Positions 27,717 through 40,870 of a stretch of 64,000 bases of DNA are shown one piece after another. The notes beneath the pieces were generated by a model, which was not told the origin of the DNA, ran no database searches, and saw only the letters and a program-made list of their open reading frames with translations. The DNA is from Octopus vulgaris (taxonomy: Eukaryota). The translations under genes and the position numbers were made by a program. The stretch's first letter is position 1, and the number at the start of each line of letters is the position of its first letter. The stretch is taken from positions 24,242,001-24,306,000 of the forward strand of contig OX597821.1 of assembly GCA_951406725.2 (NCBI GenBank). The letters run 5' to 3'.

Positions 27717-28034
27717 TTTCTTAAAAGTATGCACACACACACATAAACACACACGCACAAATACACAAAAAAAACTATATAAAAATATATATTTTCCTTT
27801 TTTTTATATGTCTTCGTTTTCTTTTGTGTATACTTGTAATAAAATTTTCTTTTATTATTTAAGAAACCAGTAAAACACATTTTCAATTTAAAACCGCCTA
27901 CCATGTAGTTATCGAACGTCTTTTTTGCTACTGCTGTTTAAGGGTATTTGTTACATTGTTGTTGATTTGTTTTTGTTGAACTCTCCTGCTTTTGTGTTTT
28001 TCCAAGCACTTTTTGTTTGCGATGTAGCAGATTT

Positions 28035-28332
28035 GTTCCTTCTCAAGCCATGACTGACTCATAAGGGCCGGTTTCCCGGTTTCCTTGGCGTATAGGTTCC
28101 CCACCTGGATGGGAGGCCGGTCCATCGCAGGTGAGCTGCAAGATGCAGGAGGAAAGAGTGGGAGAAAGTTGTGGCGAAAGAGTCAGCAGAAGTTCGCCAT
28201 TACCTTCAACCGGAGCCGCGTGGAGCTGAGGTGTTTCACTCATAAACACACGCATCGCCCGGTCTGAGATTCGAACCTGCGATCCCTCGACCGCGAGTCC
28301 GCTGCTCTAACCACTAGGCCATGTGCCTCCAC
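28035..28332 (-). mobile_element. tRNA-derived SINE with V-domain-like tail
   Basis: Head as at 3908. Tail CCTGCGATGGACCGGCCTCCCATCCAGG resembles the V-SINE conserved domain. Confidence 0.75.
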
Positions 28333-28406
28333 TTGTACCTTTACGTTTTCTCCTTGTTTGAAGGGGGGAAACTTAATATTTTTTGTATCTCATTTTTATT
28401 CTCAAA

Positions 28407-29505
28407 ATGAGTGAATCCTCCTCCGACAACGGCTTATATATTATGGAAAATCATTAGAAACAATGACACTGACATCGCCTGCGCCAGCAGACCAAACGGA
28501 AAATACGACAAAGAAAATCAAAGACAATTCTGGGAAAAATAAGGATAAAAAGATGTCTAATATCGCAGCTGTAGCTGGAGTAAACAAAGAAGACTTAGAA
28601 ATCGAACAAAACGAACTAGGAAAGTGCAACGGTCTCCTTCAAAAGGAGGGGCACAATGTAAAACATATTCTATTAAAAACAAAAGAATTGACTTGGTCCC
28701 GAAAGAGGCCATAGAAAAATGTTTACGCTCCATGTGGCAAGACATCACCTATAGAGCCAAGGGGAAGAGATATGGCACAGTGGAGGTACGTTTTTACAAC
28801 GAGGAAAAAGCCAGGCAACATTCGACGATATCACTCAAGTCTGAAGAGGTGGTTCGCCTGCCAACATACTTTGGAAGACATACTTCCAGCGTAAAGGTAG
28901 GAGAAATACCACCGGAGATTGATGTTGCCTGGCTCGTAGCAGCACTGGTTTTAGGTTTGGAAATAAAAATCACTATTCTCCAAGCCACCAAATTTCATCA
29001 ACAGGACTGGCAAGAGTAGGGGTTACAGATGATAGTTCAAACTGCCCCTGCTGACCTAGAAGAGATTCCATATTCCATATTAATCAAAGAAGAAATAAAT
29101 TTAAAGGTCATGGTGGAAGGACAGAAACCTCGTTGCTATAAGTGTGGCCAAAAAGTCCACATAAGGGCAGAGTGTAATCCACCACCTGCACCCCCACCAC
29201 CCGCGGAAACTTTGTATAGCAACATTGAATTGATAGTTCGGGTGAACGGTTTCTTTTCGGAACCGTTCTGTATTGAGCGAACAGTACGTCAAGAGTATCC
29301 TCTCTCCCCACTTCTGTATGTTTTGGCCCTCGAGCGGAAGTTGGAGGCTATAAGAGGCATCTGCGAGATCTAGGGCACGGAAAATCGGTTTCGGTGTATG
29401 CAGACGACATCACCGTCATCGCATCCCGGGTCGAACACCTACAGTGGATAGGTTATGCCATAAGTGATTACGAAGCGGTGGCAGGAGCAAAAATTAACTG
29501 GGACA
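28407..29505 (+). mobile_element. internally deleted L1/Tx1-like element: ORF1 (gag-like, zinc knuckle) fused to an RT fragment
   Basis: CYKCGQKVHIRAEC (CCHC knuckle) followed directly by ..VRVNGFFSEPF..RQEYPLSPLLYVLALE and SVYADDITV. Confidence 0.8.
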
Positions 29506-29509
29506 ACAA

Positions 29510-29655
29510 AACTGTCCGACGAACGGGAACGTGAAACTCCGAGTAACAGGTTTTGTTGAATTTCTGCTGCTTTTAAATAAAGCATATTACTCTACCCCTG
29601 GTATTTGAGTACTCTTTTTCCACCTTGTTTCACATTTATGTGTTTACTCCGGTAT
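29510..29655 (+). ncRNA. short repeat (PLE pLTR-like) starting with a type I hammerhead motif with CCGACGA core
   Basis: CTGT-CCGACGA-ACG GGAA CGT-GAAA-CTC C GAG-TA-ACAG at 29512-29549. Same family at 36908-37130. Confidence 0.65.
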
Positions 29656-29677
29656 ACATATATATATATATATATAT

Positions 29678-30116
29678 ATTGAAATGGCAAAAATACGACA
29701 CGTTGTGTTACCGCTACTGTATATAACTCACATTGATATTTATCATTGTTTGATTTCACTTTTTCAATATCAGCGACAGTGGACGCTGGAAAAAGTATAA
29801 GTATTTGTGAAGGAAATCTAATTCTCGGCGACAACTATGATTGTCACACGCTGACGAGAGGTCAATACCTCGAAACTCGAGTCCGTGTGTATCATAAGTT
29901 GAAGACGGGAAGGATGACTTCCCTTTGCAAATACTGACAGGACACAGAAAGTGTGTCTATGGCCAGCTGGAGGAGTGTGTCCTCCTGGGGCTAAAAACTA
30001 CAGTAGCATCCACCCTTAGGGGTTAGCCATATTGAAATGGCAAAAATACGACACGTTGTGTTACCGCTACTGTATATAACTCACATTGATATTTATAACT
30101 CACATTGATATTTATC

Positions 30117-30119
<3 letters not shown>
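29678..30119 (+). mobile_element. 353-bp partially tandem structured repeat carrying an intact hammerhead (candidate non-LTR retrozyme)
   Basis: ~70-bp direct repeat (GAAATGGCAAAAATACGACACG...) at 29681 and 30034. Hammerhead at 29833-29900. Flanked by (TA)n on both sides. Confidence 0.7.
29833..29900 (+). ncRNA. canonical type I hammerhead ribozyme
   Basis: CACACG-CTGACGA-GAGG TCAATA CCTC-GAAA-CTCGAG-TC-CGTGTG. Stem I extended by ATGAT/ATCAT and AACT/AGTT beyond an internal loop. Predicted cleavage after GUC at 29883. Confidence 0.88.
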
Positions 30120-30202
<83 letters not shown>

Positions 30203-30216
30203 CATATATATATATG

Positions 30217-30280
<64 letters not shown>

Positions 30281-30454
30281 CACACACATGCATATATGGG
30301 TACAGGGCGTCACCAACAGTAAACAACATGAAATACGAAAGCAAATGAGTTCAATATGCAAGGAACAAGAGAAACAAATGGAAAACAGGACAAGTAACAT
30401 AAAGAACGACCCTTCATCAGTTGTCGGCTGTCTACTCCTCATTTCGAGCATTGA

Positions 30455-30983
30455 ATGACAAATTACTATACAGTTATTTGTAATAAAGAAATATCATGAT
30501 TAGACTAAAAATATTTTCAGAAAATATTTGTATTACATTTGAAAATATTGTAACATTATAGACAATCTATTTCATTTACTACAGTTATGATAAATGTTGA
30601 AATTGTAAGCCATTAGCTTCAATGCATTCTCGACAACGTGAAAGCACACAGTGATAAACTTTGATACACAAGTCTGGATCAATTTTAGCCAATGCATCAA
30701 TAAAGAACTGCCGAAGAGCTTCAATACTTCTTGACTTCCGCTGACTTACAAACTTGGCTTCCCTAACTTAGAAAATGTTCGCAAAATTGAGACCTTCGAT
30801 CAGGATTATCCTCCTGACGCGCGGAATGTATGGTTTCATATTTAGTTTTGTAAGTTTTGTAAGTTTGACACCAATTTCTGAACTACCACGGCGAATTGAT
30901 TTCTTAGGGCTTCTTACATATGCCTCAGCAACCGTATCATAGAGTTGCTTTCAACCTAACTGTATAGTAACGTTACAGACACC

Positions 30984-30990
<7 letters not shown>
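30455..30990 (-). mobile_element. internally deleted Tc1/mariner element
   Basis: TIR core TTACTATACAGTTA at ~30463 and inverted at ~30957, with end ACAGGGTGTCTG. Minus-strand C-terminal transposase-like SIEALRQFFIDALAKID..RCRECIEANG. Confidence 0.6.
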
Positions 30991-31019
<29 letters not shown>

Positions 31020-31222
31020 GTGCATGTCTGTACAAGTATATACAGGTAGAATTATTTATACAAAGGGGAGAAATAAAACTCTATACATAAAGGAGTACTT
31101 ACATGATTTTATTGTTGCTGTGAAATTGGAGCAATGATTCTAGGGTTGTGAGCTTCGTGCAAATGCACTTATTAAATTTTGTTAAGTGCATTTGCACGAA
31201 ATCCTTGGGTCACACACACATG

Positions 31223-31269
<47 letters not shown>

Positions 31270-31270
<1 letters not shown>

Positions 31271-31708
31271 CTATTTTACTTGTTTCAGGCATTTGACTGC
31301 GGCCATGCTGGAGCACCGCCTTTAGTCGAGCAAATCGACCCCGGGACTTATTCTTTGTAAGCCCAGTACTTATTCTATCGGTCTCTTTTGCCGAACCGTT
31401 AAGTGACGGGGACGTAAACACACCAGCATCGGTTGTCAACCAATGCTAGGGGGACAAACACAGACACACAAACACATACACACACATACATATATATATA
31501 CATATATACGACAGGCTTCTTTCAGTTTCCGTCTACCAAATCCACTCACAAGGCATTGGTCGACCCGGGGCTATAGCAGAAGACACTTGCCCAAGATGCC
31601 ACGCAGTGGGACTGAACCCGGAACCATGTAGTTTATTAGCAAGCTACTAACCACACAGCCACTCCTGTATATATATAAATGTATACATATATATATATAT
31701 ATAAATGT

Positions 31709-31756
<48 letters not shown>

Positions 31757-31762
31757 GTATAC

Positions 31763-31819
<57 letters not shown>

Positions 31820-32446
31820 TTTGAGAATGCAAATTTAAAGATGTCTATTCACTTGACCGTTTTCACTTTTTTAGAAAAAGATTGTCAAAAGTAAAATGTA
31901 AAGCTTTGTATAAGCTTTGTTGTGTTAAATACTGGTTGTCACAAAAGTATTAAAATACATATATTCATTCTTTGATAACAATAAAAAAAATGTTAAAACA
32001 GTTTACAACAAAGTATTTAAGAAAAGAATATTTTCTTAAATACTTTCTTGTATTTAAGGACATCAAAAAACGTTAAACACAATGAGAAACGAAAACATAA
32101 AAACAAAAACATAGAAAACAAACTTTTTTCGAACAACGAAAAAAAACAAACAGAGAAACGATACATGCAACATGAAGAATATTCCCCTTCATCAGTTGTC
32201 CCTGTTTCATCTACTCCGCGTTATATATATATTCTTTTACTCTTTTACTTGTTTCAGTCATTTGACTGCGGCCATGCTGGAGCACCGCCTTTAATCGAGC
32301 AACTCGACCCCGGGACTTATTCTTTTGTAAGTCCAGTACTTATTCTATCGGTCTCTTTTGCCGAACCGCCAAGTGACGGGGATGCAAACACACCAGCATC
32401 GGTTGTCAAGCAATCCTAGGGAGACAAACACAGACACACAACACAT

Positions 32447-32520
<74 letters not shown>

Positions 32521-32683
32521 GACAAGCTTCTTTCAGTTTCCGTCTACCAAATCCACTCACAAGGCATTGGTCGGCCCAGGGGCTATAGCAGAAGACACTT
32601 GCCCAAGATGTCACGCAGTGGGACTGAACCCGGAACCATGTGGTTGGTTAGCAAGCTACTTACCACACAGCCACTCCTGCGCC
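31270..32683 (-). mobile_element. two full-length CORE-like SINE copies (31270-31668, 32235-32683)
   Basis: Reverse-complement match to 12180-12585. Confidence 0.85.
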
Positions 32684-32705
32684 TTATATATATATATTAT
32701 TCATA

Positions 32706-32741
<36 letters not shown>

Positions 32742-32789
32742 TGTATGTATGTATGTATGTAGATATGTATGTTACATAGATACATGCAC

Positions 32790-32839
<50 letters not shown>

Positions 32840-33589
32840 GTATATATGCAGAAATGTGTATCGGGTAGTATTACATAAAAGAGAAGGAATGCAGTGTTAG
32901 TGGCTGTCTGCAATATTTTGGGCATTTCGGTTTCGGTTTTCGTTATGGTTACTTAATAGTAGTTTAGTATTTTAAACTATTGTGTGGCGTGATATGAGAG
33001 AATGAAGCTGAAACTGAACCGAACCGAAAGAGAGCAGAAAGACATGTGTGAGGCTAACGAGGCACAGGTGAGTTGCAGCTAAATACTATGATGTTGCCCT
33101 TTTAAATAACGCGAGAATGAATTGATTGAATTACAGTGTTGCTGCTTTCACCATACTGCAGTGGGCTGAGAGAAGGAGAAGGGATGTTTGTAGACTCGCG
33201 ATGTAAGAGTGAGCTAATCTGACGCACTCTTTTGTTGTTGTTGTTGCTGTTGTGGTGTTGGTGGTGGTTGATGATGATGCTCTTGTTGTAGCATAGACAG
33301 CCACTCAACCACTCTAGAATCAGACCTGTTCTGTTACATACAGAGTATTTGATCAGGTCTGACTGTATTGTGAATTGTGTTGGCGTACATCCTTTAATAT
33401 ACCCTCCCGTAACTAGTTCAATGATATACGTAATGCAATTCTTGGATGATGATGAGGATGATAATGTTGATGAGGAGGAGGAGAACGACAATAATGTTGA
33501 GAGTAAAGGTGTATATAGCAGCGTATATAATTTAATGGACTACAATTATTTTACGTGGAACCAATGATTATAGTGCCATCGTACTTATA

Positions 33590-34470
<881 letters not shown>

Positions 34471-34784
34471 TGTGATAGCGTATCATTGACTTTAATGTAC
34501 ATATAAGATGAAAGATTTTGCTGTTTTAACGTATGAACCATTATTGGAAAATAAAGTAACAATGGTGTCTAAATTATGCGTCAATGAGAATTTCATTGAT
34601 AACAAAGCACGTCGGGAGTTTTCATCATAGTACTTAATATCAAATTCAGTTTTCTATTTAAATAATTTTCATCAAATAAAATTATTGGCTTACAACTTAT
34701 ATATCAAATATATTTGCATCCAATTCGATACATTATGAGTGTTTTGTGTTGGATTCCGCGATGAAAAAGTGAATACACGTAACT

Positions 34785-35194
34785 CTCTCTTTTACTCTTT
34801 TACTTGTTTCAGTCATTTGACTGCGGCCATGCTGGAGCACCGCCTTTAATCGAGCAACTCGACCCCGGGACTTATTCTTTTGTAAGCCCAATACTTATTT
34901 TATCGGTCTCTTTTGCCGAACCGCTAGGTTACGGGGACATAAACACACCAGCATCGGTTGTCAAGCAATGCTAGGGGGACAAATACAGACACACAAACAC
35001 ACACACGCATATATATATATATACATATATACGATGGGCTTCTTTCAGTTTCCGTCTACCAAGTCCACTCACAAGGCATTGGTCGGCCCGAGGCTATAGT
35101 AGAAGACACTTGCCCAAGATGCCACGCATTGGGACTGAACCCGGAACCACGTGGTTGGTAAACAAGCTACTTACCACACAGCCACTCCTGCGCC
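34785..35194 (-). mobile_element. CORE-like SINE, full length
   Basis: Reverse-complement match to 12180-12585. Confidence 0.9.
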
Positions 35195-35375
35195 TCTCTC
35201 TCTATACACGTAACTCTGCGTAGGAACACAGAAGATATCAACCGCAGACACCAAGCAATTAGACATTGTGACGTATGTGTTGAAAACATTTCGTTCTTAG
35301 TAAAATGTGTTTATGTGTATATATATAATGTACATATGGGCGGGTGGGTGGGTGTATGCGTGTCTACGTGTGTAT

Positions 35376-35431
<56 letters not shown>

Positions 35432-36320
35432 AACTTAAATCTTACGTGAAAATACCATTTTGTGCTTACTGTACAAAACAAAACAAAACAAACTCACGTG
35501 CCACAGAACAGATATAGCTGTTGGAATTTTCCTTCGTGGAATTTTCTGTTTGTGGCGTATCGTATTAACAATCATAAAACTTTCGGATTTTAGAGATCTT
35601 CAAATTTTGGAATTTCGGATAAAAGATATTCGGCTGTATTGTAAATCCTTCGAGTGATTTAAATAAGAATATAAACACATATGCTAATTGGTATACAGAA
35701 AAAAAAAAGTTGGAGGAAGTCTCCTGGCGGACCGTCTTATGACTTGTTTACTGCTCGTCAGAAGAAACGTACCTGGTTTACATCTTCAATCACTAATATA
35801 AGCCAGTTACTTAAAGCGGCCAGCTAGCAGAATCGTTAGCACGCCGGGCGAAATGCTTAGCGGTATTTCGTCTGCCGCTACGGGGTCGATCTGAGTTCAA
35901 ATTCCGCCGAGGTCGACTTTGCCTTTCATCCTTTTCGGGGTCGATTAAATAAGTACCAGTTACGCACTGTGGTCGATATAATCGACTTAATCCTACTTAA
36001 ACAGGAGTCATTAATTAAGCAAGTACGTTTGTACTTTTTCAGATTTGTGTTTAAGTAAAGAATATCGATTTATGCACTACATTGGCCTAAATCAGAAATA
36101 ACTGGAATACATTCAAATATAAAACTTTACTGTCACATAAATAAGGATGTAGACGCATTTCATTTATATTAATGATCTGTGTAAAAAAAAAAGCCAGGTT
36201 TTTGATGGGCCTTTTCACGATTTATTGACTGCTCCTCTGAGAAGACATACCCAACTTTCTCAATCATTAGCATAGACTGGCTAATAAATATGCATGTGAG
36301 AGTTTGTGTGTGTGTATGTG

Positions 36321-36355
<35 letters not shown>

Positions 36356-36735
36356 GTATGTATGCAAAGTTGTTATGAATTAAGCTAGTACGTTAATGAA
36401 TAGCCTAATCTGATAGGTATATCTTTTCTGAAGAGCACAAATAAATCCTGAACACCCTTTCTATTTCTCCTACACATGATTTTGTTTTTATCATGGCACT
36501 ACGTCCATGCTGGGTCACCGTATTGAAGGGTTTAGTCGAACAAATCGGATACTTGTTCTACAAATCGCAATGCATTTCACGTTCTTCCATTTTCACGTTC
36601 TTCCATTTCATTCAGCTGGTAAGCATGAATAATCCTGCAACGAACTTGCGCCCCATCCGGTTGTAGAGGAGGAATCCAAGAAACCAGTCTTATTAAACAA
36701 TGCCTCGAGCAGGAGAGTTCATCCATTTTTATAAA

Positions 36736-36825
<90 letters not shown>

Positions 36826-36854
36826 TGTATGTATGTGTGTGTATGTATGCATGC

Positions 36855-36897
<43 letters not shown>

Positions 36898-36972
36898 TGT
36901 GTGTACAAGAGTAAGTATATAGATGCAAAACAATGTGGAAAAATATAACTCTAATACCAAAGTTCGGGTAAT

Positions 36973-37130
36973 ATGCTTTTATAAAAGCTGCAAAATCTTC
37001 ACAAAGTATTACTCAGAGTTTCACGATCTCGTTCGTCGGACAGTTGTGGTTGTGATCAACTGTCCGACGAACGGTAACATGAAACTCTGAGTAACATTTT
37101 GTGAAGATTGTGCAGCCTTAATAATGTCAT
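36973..37130. repeat. inverted pair of hammerhead-bearing repeat fragments (10-bp spacer)
   Basis: The left arm ending ...CGTTCGTCGGACAGTTG (37046) mirrors CAACTGTCCGACGAACG (from 37057). Both arms carry CCGACGA..GAAACTCTGAGTA. Confidence 0.8.
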
Positions 37131-37132
37131 AC

Positions 37133-37167
<35 letters not shown>

Positions 37168-37169
<2 letters not shown>

Positions 37170-37675
37170 TATATATATATATATTGCTATATGTAAGGGA
37201 AATAACTATATAAGCATTTTTATAGAGTTACTTCCCTTATAGATGCCAATTCGGGCTTTCTTAGCCATTTCTGTTTTGGTGTCTTCAAGCCATGAAGTCG
37301 TTGTTCTAAAAGAACGCTGGTCTCCTTGACAACGCTTTACGACGTTGATTTCCTTACACTCCCTTCTCCACAGCTTCACGAGGGAGGGAAGAAGGGGGAG
37401 AAGCAAACAGGTGCAGGTGTGACCATGGACGCCAACTCCGCCGCCATCGACACACGAAAAATTATGCATTAAAATGGAATAAAAAATGATGTTAAATTAT
37501 TTTTAAAATCGTAGACTCATCGTAGACGCGCGCTAATACTCAGACGGGCTCGATATGAATCACGACTATAAGATACCCGAATTTTGTTAAACTGCACCGC
37601 AAAATGTGGGAGTAGTTAGGAATCTAAATCGAAGGTGACAGACACTCGCACAACTACAGTTTTATATATATATAT
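37168..37675 (-). mobile_element. non-autonomous Helitron copy (3' end degraded)
   Basis: Reverse-complement match to 46261-46500 and 46600-46630, with a different internal segment at ~37245-37460. Confidence 0.75.
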
Positions 37676-37677
37676 AT

Positions 37678-38270
37678 ACAACTTATAAATAAGGGCTAAA
37701 GAAAATTATTTCAATGCCAATATGCTGATAACAGACTTTTAAATCGTCAATTTCCACATTTTATTTACTCGCTACAGAAAAAAACACGAAGAACTGAAAT
37801 CGGGGAAAGCCGGCCGATAGAATTTTTAAAATGTTTGTTATTTCTATATTGAATCAATTTCGGAATTAATCTCATAATAGATTTTTTCCTCTTCAGTAGA
37901 ACATACGAAAGGATATAAATAAGATACTTACATGCGCCCATGGAAAAAAGCCGAAGCAAAAACCATGAGCACACATAAGTACCCCAGATATATCTAAAGA
38001 TAATCCATGGGCACATGTAAGTATCTTATTTATATCCTTTCGTATGTTCTACTGAAGAGGAAAGCATCTATTATGAGATTAATTCTGAAATTGATTCAAT
38101 ATAGAAATAACGAACTTTTTAAAAATTCTATCGGCCGGCTTTCCCCGATTTCAGTTCTTCGTATTTTTTTCTGTAGCGAGTAAATAATATGTGGAAATTA
38201 ACAATTTAAAAGTCTGTTATCAGCATATTGGCATTGAAATAATTTTCTTTAGTCCTTATTTATAAGTTGT
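37678..38270. repeat. 267-bp inverted repeat (59-bp spacer), each arm carrying a complete type I hammerhead; PLE inverted pLTR-like
   Basis: Arms 37678-37944 and 38004-38270. Motif TTCTA-CTGAAGA-GGAA...TTC(C/T)-GAAA-TTGATTCAA-TA-TAGAA at 38047-38106(+) and 37842-37901(-). Confidence 0.88.
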
Positions 38271-38531
38271 TTATAATTTTAACCGTAAAGGTATTTTAAT
38301 ATTTTGCCACATTTTTTGATGGAATTTTTTTCTGTAAAAAAACTTCATCCTATATTAGTAGTATATATATATACTAGTTCTTCTTCTACCCTACCAAGAA
38401 TTCACAACGGCCTCGAACACACAAGTGCAAACAAGGGAGACAGAGAAAGGCAAAATGCCACTTATATTTGAACACTATATATTCCTTTAAAAAAACTTTT
38501 CTTTTAATTTTTCTAAATTTAATTATTTAAT

Positions 38532-38579
38532 CGTTACAGTTGAAAAGGTCTCAAAATGACCGAAACCGGTACTGAAATG
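38532..38579 (+). ncRNA. minimal type I hammerhead with U3-A8 compensated core
   Basis: CGTTACAG-TTGAAAA-GGTC TCAAAAT GACC-GAAA-CCGG-TA-CTGAAATG. Stem I 7/8 paired, palindromic stem III. Confidence 0.7.
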
Positions 38580-38622
38580 TTCTTTATAAAATTATTTTAG
38601 CATTTTCTATTTTGACTTGTTT

Positions 38623-38681
<59 letters not shown>

Positions 38682-39249
38682 TGTGTGTGTATAAATATTC
38701 AAATAAATATTTTTATAGATATTATTAGTATTATTAGTAGTAAATAAATAACAACAATAAGTGGCCAGCAAGCATTTAAGCCGATAAAGGGAAAATCCAT
38801 AAATTTTATAATCAATTAAAATTATAATTGACGGCACACGGGGTACCAGCGTTGCTAAAAATAAGACTTAAAAAATCCTCTAATAAGCCACCATTTCACT
38901 GAAAACAACAAATCAGGCAATGAGCAAAGAAATTAACTTATCACCGCGGCTGTGGACTTCTGTCAGCTTTTTTATCTGGCAAATTCGCCCACAAAGATGT
39001 TTTCACCAAGGTGTCACACAGTTGTATTGAACCTAAGACCACACGACTGGGAAGAAAGCTTCTTACTAATACATCTGCATTTTTAATCTTCTTCATTTCA
39101 CAATGTCGATGAGCTGGCAAAATGTTTCCGTTGAAACCGACTTTAACATTCCTTCTTTCGCGGTCAAAAATAATAAACTACCAGTCAAGTACTGGGGTCA
39201 ATGTAATCAACTTGCTTCATTCCCTCAAAATTACTCAGCTTGTATGAAC

Positions 39250-39650
39250 TAGGCGAGCTGGCAGAATCGTTAGCACGCCGGGCGAAATGCGCGGCCTAGC
39301 GGTATTTCCAGTCTGCGTTACGTTGTGAGTTGCGGTAATAAAGAAATAGGTATTTCAAATTCCGCCGAGGTCGACTTTGCCTTTCATCCTTTCGGGGTCG
39401 ATTAAATAAGTACCAGTTGCGCACTGTGGTCGATGTCTGTCCTTGTTTGTCATCTCTGTGTTTAGCCACTTGTGGGTAGTACAGAAATAGAAATAGGTAT
39501 TTCGTCTGCCGTTACGTTCTGAGTTCAGATTCCGCAGAGGTCGATTAAGTACCAGTTACGCACTGGGGTCGATGTAATCGACTTAATACCTCTGTCTGTC
39601 CTTGTTTGTCCCCTCTATGTTTAGCCGCTTGTGGGTAATAAAGAAATATA
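39250..39650 (+). mobile_element. Meta-domain-like SINE, rearranged dimer
   Basis: Pieces of the 41322-41720 consensus in scrambled order. Confidence 0.75.
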
Positions 39651-40252
39651 TAATATTTGAAAATTTTACACTTCCGTTAGACTAGTTAGACACAAACAAG
39701 ACAAATTTTCTTCAATAGCATTCGTGTAATTCTGTTAAAATGGCGACTACACAAGGCTGTGAGAGAACTTCTGCTTAGTGAGTCATTGAACTTGATCAGA
39801 GTAACAGCTATATCTCTATCAATAAGATTGTTGCCATCCTTAGAATTCGGAAATTCTAAATCTAGAAACAAACAGCGCGTCCAACAATAATGATGAAATT
39901 ACAACAGCAGTTAGAACATCAATCGAAAAATTCTTTGAAAATCGGCTTCCGTAGAATTGATCCCAACTCAAGCGGAACTGTGTGAGACAATTAAATACAA
40001 TCTCAAATAATACATAGTCTGTTTCTTTCTAATTTTGGTTCGTGTCCATGAATTTTGAGGGTGTTGGGGCGGATGGGCAAGTCGATTATATCAACACCAC
40101 TACTTGACTGGTACATATTTTACTGAGTCCGAAATGATGAAAGGATGAGAGGCAAAGTTGATCTTGGCGCCATTTGAACTCAAAACATAAAGCTTGAAGG
40201 CAACACACACACACTATCTATCTATCTATCTATTTATCTATCTATATATATA

Positions 40253-40300
<48 letters not shown>

Positions 40301-40627
40301 TACACACACCATTTTAACCAAGTTTAAGAAAATTAATGAAAAGTAAAAAAATTCCAAAAAATCGATTTTCCTGATGCTCGGCGACGTTACAGAACCATAG
40401 TCAAGGTAAGTTTGCTTAACAAAACATCTTGTTGACGCAAGCACGTTTAGTGCTTGACCAATACACACACACACACACACACAACAGACTTCTTTCAGTT
40501 TCTGTCTACCAAAATCACTCACGAAGCCTTCGTCTACCCGAAGATTTTGCAGAAGACACTTGCTCAAGATACCACGCAGAAAACTTGAACCTGGAGCAAT
40601 GTAGTTGGGAAGCAACACCTACGCCTA

Positions 40628-40739
40628 TCTTCTTCTTCTTCTTCTTCTTCTTCTTCTTCTTCTTCTTCTTCTTCTTCTTCTTCTTCTTCTTCTTCTTCTT
40701 CTTCTTCTTCTTCTTCTTCTTCTTCTTCTTCTTCTTCTT

Positions 40740-40804
<65 letters not shown>

Positions 40805-40809
40805 CATTA

Positions 40810-40868
<59 letters not shown>
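40628..40868. repeat. (TTC)n-(TTA)n compound microsatellite
   Basis: Direct inspection. Confidence 0.97.

Positions 40869-40870
<2 letters not shown>

Noticed and set aside
39250-39560. Scrambled SINE suggesting a novel chimeric family
   Set aside because: Single instance made of pieces of a high-copy SINE; could be a consensus or assembly error.
39686-39871. 61-aa non-repetitive minus-strand ORF behind an acceptor-like site
   Set aside because: No recognisable domain, no clear donor and no partner exons.
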